Part shown: positions 1-13,030 of the stretch, in pieces
Layout: the number at the start of each line of letters is the position of its first letter
Position numbering within the stretch: position 1 is the first letter of the stretch
NCBI RefSeq assembly: GCF_009834535.1
Contig: NC_045697.1
Location: forward strand, 42,782,001 to 42,846,000
Source of the DNA: Camelus ferus
Taxonomy: Eukaryota
Reading direction: 5' to 3'
Length of the DNA stretch: 64,000 nucleotides
The notes under the pieces: generated by a model
The model's database searches: none
What the model was told of the DNA's origin: nothing
What the model saw: the letters and a program-made list of their open reading frames with translations, nothing else
Program-made: the position numbers and the translations under genes

Positions 1-93
1 AACTGAAGTTGCTCTTCTCTTTGAACAAATGTAGCAAAATAATCAGCTACAGTCTCTCCATAGAAAAAGTAATTTACACACAGTAGAAAGTAC
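1..93 (-). CDS. CDS1: CDS1 coding exon 5 (partial, runs off the window edge): (W)YFLLCVNYFFYGETVADYFATFVQREEQLQ
   Basis: Minus-strand translation matches the mammalian CDS1 protein as I recall it; acceptor ...attatag at 94-100; phase 2 completes the Trp codon begun in exon 4. Confidence 0.96.
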
Positions 94-367
94 CTATAAT
101 TTAAAAACAATTAGCTTTTTTTATATTTGGAACTTTTCCCCCTGAAACTCAGTAAAACTATTTTCTACATTTTGATGATGCCACAAAGATCAAAACCAAG
201 TTTAGAAGACTAGTTCAGGATATATTCCACCAAAGTGTTTTTTTCCCCATTTCAAATTTAATTTCTAACTTATCAGTCAACAAAAATTTACTGAATATAG
301 TTCATGTCTTTAGTTAGCTCAAAATCTAATGCCAGAGACAAATAATTAAGAAACAATGTAGAAAATA

Positions 368-369
<2 letters not shown>

Positions 370-406
<37 letters not shown>
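370..406. repeat. (CA)n microsatellite
   Basis: Perfect AC dinucleotide run. Confidence 0.97.
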
Positions 407-408
<2 letters not shown>

Positions 409-1611
409 GTATTAAGTTAATAATGAAAATTCACACCCAACTACTCATGGCTCTAATGTTTTTAACAGTAGAGCCCCTAAGCCAACCCCCATCCTCCCTA
501 AAGAAGATCAACAGGGAAAAAAGGAAGAGGTACTTGGACTTCTAACCTCTCTCCCCTCTGTCCCGCCCACACTGGGGTCTTGCTCCCTCTTCTCAAAGCT
601 CCAGAAGGACTCTGGTTGGGCAGTGATTCTAAAGGGGGCAGCAATGGAGGATGGAAAATACCAGTAGGTAAAAAAGTCTCTGGGAGAAACTTTTAAAAGC
701 TGTATAAATGCCCAGCCCTGGTATATCCTTTCCCCCAAGGGAGGGGTTGAACCTATGAGACTTTGCTGATACGAATGCAGGTAAGCCAGGAAAAGAGGCT
801 GAGAAACATGGCCATAGAGTTCCTCTGGGCCTCCTCCTTGAAGGGCAGAGTCCTAGGTAGCCAGGAGGGCAGAAGGACAGGAAAGGGGTGGTTGCCCTCT
901 GGTTCTCATGGATGCAATTGGATCCCACTGCTCACAAAGTAAAGTATTCACATTTCTCTTCAGCGACTATTACCATTTTTTTTAATCTCCTACAATGGAA
1001 ACTGTGATTCCAATCCAACTTTTTGACCCCTATTCCCTAATAAATACATACCTTCTGCTCAGGAGAGCCAGGAATGTCCCACCATCTGCAGCACACACCT
1101 CTTCTGTCCCCACCAAGAACCTGCTGGGTGCTGCTTCCACAACCCAGACATGCTTCACTCTCGAGCAAGTCTTAGTTTAAGTGACTGTCTCTCTCTCGCC
1201 TTCACCAAGAAGCCTCTAGAATCACTGCAGCCCATCCTGACCTACTTTTTTTCTCCCTACACTTAAAATCAATCCTGCATGGTTTAGCTTTTAATTACTC
1301 TTCAACTACTTAATCTACCTAAAATTTCCATACACTTCACAACTCATGAAGAAACTTTTCAAAAGGAAAAATCAGCTATTACTAAAATCAAGAAACTATT
1401 TTTTGACTACTGTAAAACCCAAAGGTTATACACTTGTTTTGATAAGACACTGGCCCTCTGGCTGACACTAATCAAACAACTGTATTCAAAGGCATGGCCA
1501 GGTAGGTTCATTATGAACTATATCATCATGTTTCCTGATCAAGGTCCTGATAATTAAGAAACCTGAAAAGTTTTAAAAAGGTATAAAAATTTAATTATTA
1601 AGAGTTATTTG

Positions 1612-1991
1612 ATTTTTTTTTTTTTACCATTTTTGCATGTATTTGTACATACACAATACTCCAGGGGCCAGTAACTGCTGGTGCTATTTAGAAGGGTGCC
1701 TTGCACACTGCCCCCATCAGTCTTCCTCTTCCCTCTGACCACCCTCCTTGTTGCACACCACGGGGCCCAGGGCCTGACAGAGACCAAACCAGGAGCAGTA
1801 AGGTGGGGCTATCCCTCCTCTCACAACCCTGGCCCTCCGAGGGCTTTGGGGGCCTTTGAGGAGGGTGAGTCAGCCTGCAGGGGTAGAAAGGGAGGGAGGG
1901 AGACAGATGTTCAGCTTGGGCTTCCCCCTCCCACGTCTCCCCACCCTGAATAAACCACTGATCACTTACAAAACAAAACAAAACAAAAAAA
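1612..1991 (+). pseudogene. Probable retrocopied 3'UTR fragment of an unidentified mRNA, in CDS1 intron 4
   Basis: GC-richer island ending in AATAAA (1949-1954) and an (AAAAC)n/A tail (1968-1991); contains TGTACATA, TGGTGCTA and GTGCCTT 3'UTR motifs. Confidence 0.55.
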
Positions 1992-2456
1992 CCCAAAATA
2001 TCCACAACTATGTTCATCTTTCAGTCTTTGAAATATGAAATTTTGTGTAAGGTTTCATGTCAACTGAGGGGAAACAAAGCAAAAGATTACATATATTTGT
2101 AACATTTTATAAAATGAAACTTTATGTTAAAATTGTAATTTTAAAGGATATAAAAGAATGTCTGTATATAGCTGAGGTTTTTTAAAAAAGAGGACATGAA
2201 TAGTGTATATATTCAATATAAATTAGGCATCTCTACAAAGAATGAAAGATGAGATATGAAAACAGTTGTGTTGAAGTGAGAGTGTCTAAAGGAGATTTTC
2301 TTCTTTTCAAAATTCAAATTTATTCTTTTTTGTTTATCTTCCTTTAAAATCAACCTATACAGCCAACTGTGTAGCTGCTGACTGATCAGGATGCTTCCTT
2401 ACAAACTTCAGAAAAGACTCGGATTTTCGTAGCTGGAACAGTTTTAAGCTACTCAC

Positions 2457-2554
2457 CAGCTGAGAGTTCTAAACCACGGCAGGTCGTAAGAGCGATAGAC
2501 TCTGTAACCTATGGTGATGATCTCATGGAAGCATTTCACTTGGATGCTCAGAAC
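2457..2554 (-). CDS. CDS1: CDS1 coding exon 4 (98 nt): [32 protein letters not shown](W)
   Basis: Acceptor tctcag, donor gtgagt; translation matches CDS1; frame continuous with exons 3 and 5. Confidence 0.97.
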
Positions 2555-3449
2555 CTGAGACCAAGAGAAAACATAACACACAATTCTCAATATTTACATT
2601 TATGCTTAGTCGCGATTTTAAAAATCTTCAGCCTAACCTGCCCACTTTTAGTTATTCTAAGTATCAGCAGCAAAATCTCAGCATTGAACTTCTCTAAAAT
2701 CAGTGCTGCCCCAAAGGGGTAAGCAAAACAGTGTTTCATTCAAAAAGTTTGAGAGATCATTCCCAGGGTAGGAGGCGGCACTGGAGTTCAGAGTTTGCGG
2801 GATACAGTCTGGTTGGTCACAGCCAACTAGGCTTTATCCCTCATTATTGTTTCCTTTCTTGAGGTTGTCCACCTCAAGGTGAATGATCTTTTTGTCTATT
2901 TTGTTTCTTGAGTTATCCTAGGAAAATGATCAGCTGTGAAAAGTTTGCTTGTATATATTTATTTTTAACCATGCAACCAGGTATGCTTGCCAAGGATAAA
3001 GATGCCGTCAAGACAAATGGCTAAAACATCTTTGCCCAGCTACCCAGGGGCTTCCCACCATGCCAGCTCTCCCACAGCCAGCCACACACATCTCTGATCA
3101 ACCCAAGCAGAGCTTGCTTGGCAAATTATAAACAAATCCTCCACATTTGCAGCCACACTGGCCTGTCAAGTCAGTCTATGCAATTTCTGTCTGCACAGTG
3201 TCCAATACACATGCCTAGTAAAGGGATTTGTATTCGTGAATCCCTTTTTGATGGTCTCTGTAGCAGTCCTTCAAACTGCCGCGTCCACCAGTTTGAGTAA
3301 AGGTAATTCCTGAGAATGTAGCATCATATCCAGTGTTTGGTTTAAGTCAATTCCAAGACTCAGAGCAAATGGCAAGTTGAACACTTAGCACTATCAATGA
3401 AGAGGTTCCAACCGTTGTGAAAATACTTTTTCAACCTCTAGAAAACATA

Positions 3450-3612
3450 TCCAAGGGCTTGTTTTTGTACAGCCCTGGAACTAAAATGGACTTTATATTT
3501 CTAAAAAGTTAAAAACAAAAACAAAGATTATATGACAGAGACATACGTGGCTCCTTAAAGCCCAAAATGTTACCATCTGGTCCTTTACAGAGAAAGCTAA
3601 CCAAACTGCCGA
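3450..3612 (-). mobile_element. MER58-like hAT-Charlie DNA transposon remnant
   Basis: aagcccaaaatgttaccatctggtcctttacagagaaag resembles the reverse complement of the MER58 terminus. Confidence 0.65.
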
Positions 3613-4289
3613 AGGACGTACTTTGGGATTTCTTTTTAAGATCTCCAGAGAAGCTTTCCCAAACCTACTGCTCAGGATGTTCTTAAGCTATTTTTCCTCA
3701 CTATACTTATTACATGTCCAATCACATACTGAAAAAATTAGTTGTGTCCCCTCAGCCACATGGTAAGAAAATATTATGCCAAACTACTATAAGCAGTAGT
3801 AAATATAATATAAATGTGTTATAATATAAAGACAACAAAATATTTAAATATTGCCCTTCAAATTATCTTTGTATAAATATCAAGCCTTTTTTTTTAACAA
3901 AAATAACCATAGAATGGGACAATGCTAAATGTTAAAATGGCAAAACCATGCTATTTATGGAACCAAGGGCTTACAAAATATCAAATGCACTGATGCAATT
4001 TCTATGAATACATTTGTTCGAGAACAACCATAACCACTATATATATGGTATTTAACTGAGGGGAGAAAAAAAGCATTTTTGATATCACACAAATATATAT
4101 ATGTGATTGTCACTTATAACTTGCCAGAAGAATTAATATGGAACTGCTAGGGAAATAGAAAACAGGGGATTCAAAGTACTAGAGTAAAAATCCTTAAAAC
4201 ATATGTATGTCTTCCAGGGCTGGGTGATCACACAGAAACTGATACTCCATGCCATAAGTACTGGCAGCAATGCATTGGTAGGACTCTGT

Positions 4290-5050
4290 TGGCCCAATTA
4301 ATGTGTTAAGAGCATTAAAAACAACAATTGATAAGCAAATGCCTATTCTGCTGATTACTGAGGATTCAGAGAATAATACGGGGCTTCTGTTCTCAGAGAG
4401 GCAGTCTGTTACGGAGAACACACACAACTACAATACCATGTGGAAACAGCCATGTGGACATAAGCACAGGCAGACCCAAAATCTGTGGCGGGGTAGGGAT
4501 GGGTAGTTGGGGCAAAGGAGGAGGATATGCAGAGTCATGTATGTAGGAGAGGACGAGGATGTGGAGGGAACTACAAGTAGTTCAGAGGTGCTGGAACACA
4601 GAGCTGAGGGTGAGAAGTCGAGAGAGTTGAGTCTGGTCACACCATCGCAGGACATAGCATGAAGGACTGCACAAGGGAGTTCGTGCTGATCATGAAAGAA
4701 CGTGATCAGGTGTGTGTCTAGGGATCACAGGTGGAAAGGACTGACTAGAGAGGCAGGCAAGACATCACTTTCCAGATGAGCGTGGATGAACATCTAACTG
4801 GGACAGCGGCAGAGGAGGGTGGAGCACAAGGAATATGAGACACTGAGGAGGTAGAACTGACTGGACTTTGTGGTTGAGGAAACTGGGGGGCTAAGAAGGA
4901 GAGGGGAGCACAGAATAACACCAGGAAAGGCTTGGAAAAGTACAGATTTATTCAGAATGGGTGGTGATGGAACAGAAGTGATGGTAATGGATAGGCTGAG
5001 TTTGAACTATGGTACCCATGGTTTATCCAAATAAAAGAGCCTATTGTCAA
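4290..5050 (-). mobile_element. L2 LINE fragment(s)
   Basis: Purine-rich antisense L2-like text (ccagatgag...gatgaa...ctaactgggacagcggcagagg; gagtttgaa). Confidence 0.55.
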
Positions 5051-8000
5051 TCTGGGGATCTATTTGAAGAAAATAATCCTGCACATGAAAAAGCTTTGCA
5101 TTCTAATATGTTCAGGGTAATGTTATTCACAAAAAGGAAAAACCAGAATATAACCTGAATGTCTAAAAATAAACACACCGGTTTAAATAACTTAAGCTGT
5201 GCTCCATTCTGTTGAGTAGATGAATGTATTAAAGCTGATGGCTGTAAAGACTGTGGAGCAACTCAAAACATTCGATGTGATATTTGTTTAAAAAGAAGGA
5301 TACAAAATTTTAGTCACATTAGAATTACAATGATAGTTTTTTAAAAGAAAAAAAGATGAAAGGAAATGTCAGTATTAATTGAGTTTTGGTGGCTGATGAT
5401 AGGATTGGGGTGAGTTTTTAAAATTATATATTTTCCAAAGTAATTCTAATAGACTTTTATAACTCTCACAATGGGAGAAAAATTAAATGTACCATTTAAA
5501 AGTAAATTTAAGAATGTGAATTATAACAATTATTATAGGAGTTTCCAGGAAGGGGTGGGGGGACTCTCTTATGATATTTTTTTATATGTTCACACCTGTC
5601 TTTAAATCAAAATATGTTTTAGTAACTCCATCACTTAGAAAGTGATTCCAAGCTGTGAACGCAACAATTAAAGCACTATTATGTAGAAGGTTGAAGGAAA
5701 AAAAGCTCCTTTTATTTTCAGGAATATGAGTATGAGTTCCATCTTAGAATAGCAGCTATCATTTCCTAGAAGTAAATTTTTAATAAAGCTCTCTTCCATT
5801 AGTCATCTTGGAGTGCTGATATTACAAGGTGCACGTACAAGCAAGCTACAATGCGTACTTCTCAAAATAGAAATGATCTATTTATGGTTACGAATGTAAA
5901 TAAGACTTTAAAATACATAAAAGTCATATCACTTGAGTACCAACAGTGTGGGCATATTTGTACATCCATCCATATTCCCTTAACATAAACATTATAAATA
6001 CAACACATGTCCATCTGCATGTGTCCCTGTGTGCATGTATGCATGTACACATGCGCACGCAACAAACCTTAAAGAGCACTCACAATTCAAATCCACTTTA
6101 ACTAGATCTTTAATATTCTTCTATTCTTCTCTGATTAAATTCACCAATCAAAGAAATAACTTGTAATAAAACGGTATTTTCCTTTCATAGAAAAAGAAAA
6201 AAGGAAAAAAAAGCCCAAGTACTTCAGGTGGACTTTTGATTTTCTGTTTAAAAAAATCAGAATCCAAATATGCAAGATGTCTTTAAAGGTGTTTTAAATT
6301 TTGTAATAAAAGAATGGCTAAAAATTCATCTCTATCCACAAATTCTGACTCAGTTACCACACCAAACAATTCAGCTTGGAGAGCAATGTAATTTACGCAC
6401 AGAGAACCCACCAAACCAACCTGAGCCAGTGCATCCAGAATACTGGTGTTTTGCAGTATCTTACTTCAAAATTACCTGCTAAGAGGAACCATAAATCAAA
6501 CTATCCCTAATATTTTAAATGGCTCCTTAATGCTTTACAAATAAATTCCAACTTCTTAACAAAGTACTGCAAGGTCCTCCAAGATATGATTCCTCACTGT
6601 GTTTTCACATTTAAAGGCCCCATGCTCAAGAAACGGTATGACCTGCCCTTTCCTGACACACTTGGCCACTGGGACTTTTGCTCACAATCCTCACCCCACC
6701 CTGACAGGTCAAGGTCTGCTCAAAGTCCTTTCATCCACAAAGCCTTAGTGAGCTGTCTGCCATCACCTAGTCTCCTCTTCCCCAGGCTCGACCACCATCA
6801 CACACAGCACTGAAAAGCACTCTACCCACACCCACTCCTGAAATGCCCAGTCTAGGGGCCACTGGTGGTCACTGGCACTGAGAGCCCGCAGTGGGTTCAG
6901 ACCGAGGGGACTGGCGACTGGAGCCCTTCCCTCAAATCACACCTGGGCGGTGCTCACAGCTGCCCACCTGCATCCTCTAGCCTCACGTTAAGTCAGTCCT
7001 ATCCATTATCCATTTTTCCTTTGTAAGAAAAAGCTCTTTAGGATCCCAGCAAATTAACAGAACAGAGAAAGTCTTTCACATTCATTTTTTACCTTGATTT
7101 CCCAAAGAAGTACAAAATTAACGAGAGCTTGAAAAGAAAAGTGAAAGGGCTTTATGGTGCTTATAAGAGCTGCTTTAATTGGTTTCAGGAGTTGATGGAA
7201 TTTTTTCTCAATCATGTCTAACTTCACTTTAAAACTTATTCTTTTATAAAAAAAAATAAAAGGAAAGCGATCATATTGCTCATAGCTTATCACTGTGAAT
7301 AAGAGTGAGCATGGAGAAGGGAAGACAGGCGAGATGGGTAAACCCATTTCTGAGGGCGCCAGAGCAGCCAGACAACAGGGGGACGAGTACGTAAGAGGAG
7401 GCTGAACTAACTGAGACGGATGAAGGAAAATAATAAAAAAGAGGGACACCGTGCACTCCCCTGCGAGCAGGCCCTCACCGCTCACCGCCAAACCACGCTC
7501 AGCACTCAGGAAGGGCTTGATGAATTTGCTGAACAAAATTTCTCCTTCTTACTTCTACCACTCTGGGCTTCCAATGTTTCACGTCTCCATAGATACCAAG
7601 GCTTTTATACACAGGGAATTCTCTGCTGTGATAGCCCTTCCCCCAAGCTCCCCCCTTCACCCCTACTCAGCCTTCAGATCGCACTGCATGTGCTGGGCAC
7701 TGGATAAAGTCTGAAAGTCTCCCAGCTTTGCTCTCAGGGCATTCTTTTTTTTCAAAATACTTATTACAGTTTGTGAGTATATATCTGATCACTTCCTTAA
7801 AATGTAGACAGTAAGCTCCCTGAGGGCAGACACAGGCATCACTCCCCAGAACTAGTGCCTGGCACACAGCAGGTATCTTGAAGCATCTGCTAAATGGATG
7901 AATTAAAAGCTTAAAATACTTGTGTGGCTTCATGACTTGTTGGGCTTCCCGTACACAACAAAATCCCAAACTCCCAGAATGGCTTCTGCTCACCTCCCTA

Positions 8001-8628
8001 GTCCCATCCCTAGACACCTCCACGTGTATAACCCGCAAATCCCCCAACGGAACACAGTCTCTTGTTACCGACACCCCTGCCCCTGATGTTCTCACCTTGG
8101 AATGCCCTCCCCTGCTCGGGGCTTCTTTAAGACTCAGGTGTGGCATCACCTCTCCTGGAAGTCTTCCCTCATCTCTCCCTCAGCCTGGATGAGGTAATTT
8201 TTTTACCGTGCTCTTCTGAAAGATCTGTCACAGGTCTGATCCTACTCATTTACTATACCATTTATTCATGTGGTTATTTACATGTCTCTGCCATTAGACT
8301 GAGTCTGCTGAAGTCGGGGTCTAGCCAGTAGTCAGACCTGCTGTTGAAGTCATGTGTTTGTGTTTCTGTTCTACATTATGCTTGGCACAAGGATGTGTAT
8401 CTATTATGCATACTTGGTCTCTGCTGAATGGCCACATGGAATGGCCATCTTGCAAATGGGAAAGAACAGTTCAGATCATTTCGTGAACCAGAAGATGCTT
8501 AGCGGAACTAAATTTGCTGTTACCACCAACTCTCAAATTACCTTCTTTTTCATGACATGCTCAAATTACTTCAAATCATATCAATACCGGAAAACAAAGA
8601 GACACCTGGGCAAAAGTAAAACACTTAC

Positions 8629-8725
8629 AAGAAGCATCAGCATAAAGGATCCCATATAGATGATCAGGAAAAACAACGAAATCATAGTTAGAGTAAGAAT
8701 TCCACGAATCCACCAGTTTTTCCAC
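8629..8725 (-). CDS. CDS1: CDS1 coding exon 3 (97 nt): (R)WKNWWIRGILTLTMISLFFLIIYMGSFMLMLL
   Basis: Acceptor tttgcag, donor gtaagt; encodes the first hydrophobic segments of the CDS family; phase consistent. Confidence 0.97.
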
Positions 8726-10332
8726 CTGCAAAGGAAAAGTTTGAAAAGTTAGCACTGAACGTGTTCTTAAGTCGTTTTGTGTTGTTTCGGTACTGAGTTG
8801 CCAAACTTACGGATTTCTCTTAACTATGCTTCAGGAATCCCCTACTTTACAACAAAAACCAACCAAACAGACCAATAGCATTCACTCACGCACTGAGAGC
8901 TAAATGAAGTGTAAAGATTATGTTAGCTAAAGAAAGAAACTAGATTGTGTTCAGTGTGAGTAAGGATGAATCACGAGGCTGGGAAGTGGCCAATGGGGAT
9001 GTGTGCATATTCCGCCGGGGTCATCGGAAGGGCAGGAGGAGCCAGGCGCTCAGCCCTCTCAAAGGACGTCCCTCCTTCAGGGTGGTAGATAAACACCGTA
9101 GCGATTCTGAGGTGGTGTAAGCCAGAGAGCACGGCCTTCCAGTGAACAATTAAAGAAAGGACAACAGGGAACTGAAACTGGAGAGCACAGCGATTTCAGG
9201 GAAACAAGGAAGGCGCAGGGAGGTCAGCCACGGAGGGGAAGGCCAGATGCAAGGGCACTTCTTTCTGTTGCTCAACGTGTGCTGCCTGCTTTCCTGAGGG
9301 ACAGAGACTTTAGTAGAAAACTGCTCTCTTCTCCTTGGCCCTCTGCTGGTTCTCAGAGCAGAGCTTCCCTGCTGGGACACCTGGCTGGTTCCCAAGTAGG
9401 CTGGGACTTGACCTCCCTCAACCCTTTGCTGTCAGTAAGAGCCTGGGGAGCCCAACTGCTCCCCACCCAGGAGCCTCACACTTTACCCCCAGTGTAGCTT
9501 ACAAACATTTTCACTCTTCACGTGGCCATGTCATGAAAAATATCAGCAACCACTGTATAAAATATCCCAAATTACTCTACTAATACCTATAGAGGGATGA
9601 GGATTTCTGAATCCAAAATTGCCACCTCCTTCTTTCATTCATTCTACACCCATTTTACGTTATATTCGCAGTACAGTTTTTTTTTCAAAGAATTTTCTGA
9701 TTTCTATTAATTCAAATGATAGCATTTAAGTTACATCAGAAGAGACTTTGATTCAACATCTGGTAACACATATGCACTGTATTCTAAGCACAAGCCCTCA
9801 TTCTCTTCCCTACAACAGAAATATTAGCTGCTTTCGTCCATATATCAAATACTGATTTACATCCCCTGCTTGCAATCACATAGTCTAGATACTGCTAACT
9901 ACTCTTCCATAGATATTCCTGTGATCATGTCCTTTCTGCGCTCGAGACCTGAAACACCAATAACATTAAGTCCAAGCTCTTTTATCCAGCTTCCAAGGTT
10001 TTTCATGAGGTGGTCAAATTGTACTTACCCGGCTTTATTTCCCTCTACTGTTTAACAAACTATGGAGACTCATACATTTTTCATGAGTCCCTAAGCTTTG
10101 GGGCTGAGCTGAAATGAGTGAAGAGTCAAAACTGCTATGGTTGAAAGGTTCCTTTTGGTTTTACAGGTTGAACTCTTTGAGGATGAACAAATGGATTAGG
10201 AAACTGGGCTAGGCTGCGGAGCTAGTCAGAGGTAAACAAAGAACCCTAAGCCAGTCTCCTGATAATAATTCAGTCCAGCTTGCATGAACCTCAGAAATGC
10301 ATTTAGCCCTGCTTTATAACTGATTCTCAGAC

Positions 10333-10485
10333 GGGAGGGTATAGCTCAAATGGTAGAGCACCTGCTTAGCATGAACTAGGTCCTGGGTTCAATCCCCAGT
10401 ACCTCCACTGAAAAAGTAAAAAAAAATAAATAAAATTAATTACCTCCCCCCTACAAAAAAAAACTTATAAAATAAATAAATAAAA
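10333..10485 (+). mobile_element. tRNA-derived SINE of camelid Vic-1 type with 17-bp TSD
   Basis: gggagggtatagctcaaatggtagagc (A box)...gggttcaatcccc (B box), A-rich tail; TSD tataac(t/c)gattctcaga at 10315-10331 and 10493-10509. Confidence 0.9.
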
Positions 10486-10847
10486 CTCTTTCTATAACCG
10501 ATTCTCAGATGCAGAATTATCCAGAACCTCTTCTAGAGAAAAGGATACTACTCAAGTGTCAGAAATCAGTCCCCAGGTGGGAGCTGCAAGGTCCAAGTGT
10601 ACCTCTAATGTTAGAGGGCTGGCTTTCCATTTAGAGAATGGTAGCTTCTGAGAACCAGAGATTTAAATAGAGACCTACTTTCTTTTATTATATCAGTGTT
10701 ATTCCTCCAAGAAAAATTCCCTTTCCCCAACAAGATCAAAGACTTAATTTCCTTATTTTAATTAAAACGTCTCCCCAAATCTCCCAAGAATACCTAATAC
10801 AAAGTTAAGCACATAAAAGCACATTTTTAACTATAATGGATATATCT

Positions 10848-11043
10848 TTTTTTAAAAATTGAAATATAGTCAGCTTACAATGTTGTGTCAATTTCTGGTA
10901 TATAGCATGTTTCAGTCATACATACATATACATATATTTCCTTTCATATTCTTTTCATCATAGGTTATTAAAAGATACTGAATATAGTTCCTTGTGTTAT
11001 ACAGTATAACTTGTTGTTTATTTTATATATAGTAGTTAGTAGC
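10848..11043 (-). mobile_element. 5'-truncated L1 3' end
   Basis: ttttttaaaaattgaaatatagtcagcttacaatgttgtg...aatatagttccttgtgttatacag is an antisense L1 3'UTR; possible TSD gata(t/c)atct. Confidence 0.8.
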
Positions 11044-11741
11044 AGATACATCTATTGATACAGTAACCAAAAATTATCTCTTCGGGAAGAAGCACTAATT
11101 CAAAACAGACCTTTAATATGCAAAAAAATACCACTGTTACTAAAATCCAGTCTGGTTCCAAATTCAAAATTCTTAATTTCCTACGGTAAAGGAGAAAGCC
11201 TTAATTTTGAGTCCAAGTCATCACCTCACAGTACTGTCTTAGATAAAGGAACTCAGAATCAGTAGAGGAGAATTTCATTCAAGTCTCATGTCTCCAGGAC
11301 CTATACGAACTAGAAATGAGATTTCTAAAAAGTATATAATTAAACAGTGTCCTTAAAAGTGATTATCTAATGTGGTTACACATTTATTGCTCAAACCAAT
11401 TATGTGATGCACAATATTTTACTGTTACTCAACTCTTGAATGTTTTTTATTTCAAAAATAATGACAAAATTAAAAAAAGATACATTTTCTTAGTGGCACA
11501 AACATAAATCATCAAAGACCTGGGTCGGCAAAAGCACTTGAATCAAGAAAAAGGACACAGAGGCACTCCTCAAGAATACACAAGAACTTGGTGGGCCATC
11601 TAGCAAAGAGCAAGATTTTTGAGGAAGTCCATCTACCAGCCTTAGGAGGAAACGGACAGGAAGGTGCAAGGTTCCCAGAGAGAAGGAAGACGGCATCACA
11701 GAGTACAAGAGCATCAGTAAGGCTATGCCTGGCTATGTCCA

Positions 11742-11960
11742 CAGTTTTCCAATCTCAGCCCTAGTAACACTTGGGCCAGATAATTCTTTGCTGTGAAGGG
11801 CTGTTCTGTGTACTGCAGGATGTTCCCTGACCTCTACCCACTAGGTGCCAGCAGCGCCGTCTCTTGTTGTGATAACCTAATATATCCCCAGATGTTGCCC
11901 CATGTTCACTGGCTGGGGGAAGGTGCAAAATCCAGGGCACCACCCCTGGAGGGAACTACT
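11742..11960 (+). mobile_element. MER20 (hAT-Charlie) DNA transposon
   Basis: ttgggccagataattctttgctgtg...cctctacccactaggtgccagc...cagatgttgcc matches the MER20 pattern. Confidence 0.85.
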
Positions 11961-12469
11961 AAACTAGACTCATTGCTGAAGAAGCCCTTCATTAAAGGAT
12001 AGAGCTAGACTTCACAGGCTGATAAATATTCATTTCCACAGACTCATACACATGTCAATAAACAGACTGGGACAACTTGCCAGGTGACTGAAGTCCTTTC
12101 AAGCCCATTCCAATTTCAACAACTTACTCTCTTTCTGGCATTATATATTAGAGCCTTAAAAATGAACATAAATCTTGACCAAGCAATGTTACTTTTAAAA
12201 TTTTATCCTAAAAGATAAATTATGGACACTAAATAAAAGTTAGCTATACAGAAAGAAGTTTAAAGCAGAGTTGGCTTTAATTGTGAAAATTTAGAAATAA
12301 ACTAAATGCCCAGCAATACTTGTTTAGTTAAATAAATTGAACTATAGCCATATAAAGGAATATATCATATTTACATATATTTAAGGATGTTGTGTCTAAT
12401 ACCATGGAATGAAAATAAAAATAACAAGGTAGAAAACAGTACGATGCTCTTTTTTACATTTTACACACA

Positions 12470-12471
<2 letters not shown>

Positions 12472-12501
<30 letters not shown>
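12472..12501. repeat. (CA)n microsatellite
   Basis: AC dinucleotide run. Confidence 0.95.
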
Positions 12502-12506
<5 letters not shown>

Positions 12507-12809
12507 AATGCAAAAGAAAAAAGTTTCAAAGATAAACAACACAGATTTTTAAATATCAGTGTCTTGGTATGAGGATTATAGGGTTTTCTTCTGCAATCTA
12601 TGTAACTTTCTTACATAATTATTATTTTTACTCCTATGCATCTACAGCTTCTAAGTGTTTGCAAGGCAGACTATTCGGGGTATTCGGCTAAAATGTGTAA
12701 GATATAGATTTTGAAACATAAACACAACCTTTACGGAGAAGTTTCTTTAAAAGATTGAAACTAGTCATATATTATCTGCTATTTATTTTTTAAAACCAAG
12801 GCTTTCATA

Positions 12810-13030
12810 ACTAGAGCACAATGACTAAGTTCAGAATGTGGCTCTATCACTTACCAGCTACGTGACCCTTGATAAATAACATTTCTGTGCTTCAGTTTCC
12901 CCACTTATACAACAGGTATATTACCATACCTGTGTAACAGGATTGCCTTGGAAATAAGTTAGTCAATACATGTAAAGTGCTTGGAGCAGCACTCAGCAAA
13001 TATATATGATCAATAAATTCCTGTTACTAC
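12810..13030 (+). mobile_element. MIR SINE
   Basis: Core cacttaccagctacgtgaccctt...ctgtgcttcagtttccccac...catgtaaagtgcttggagcagc. Confidence 0.8.

Noticed and set aside
2858..2878. 8-bp perfect hairpin cttgaggt-N5-acctcaag
   Set aside because: Short stems of this size are expected by chance in 64 kb; no supporting context.
6858..6875. CTCF-like ccactggtggtcac
   Set aside because: Spacing does not fit the CTCF core.
10333..10405. tRNA gene call (also 45431-45505)
   Set aside because: The A-rich tail and TSD (first copy) and the degenerate stems indicate SINE copies, not tRNA genes.
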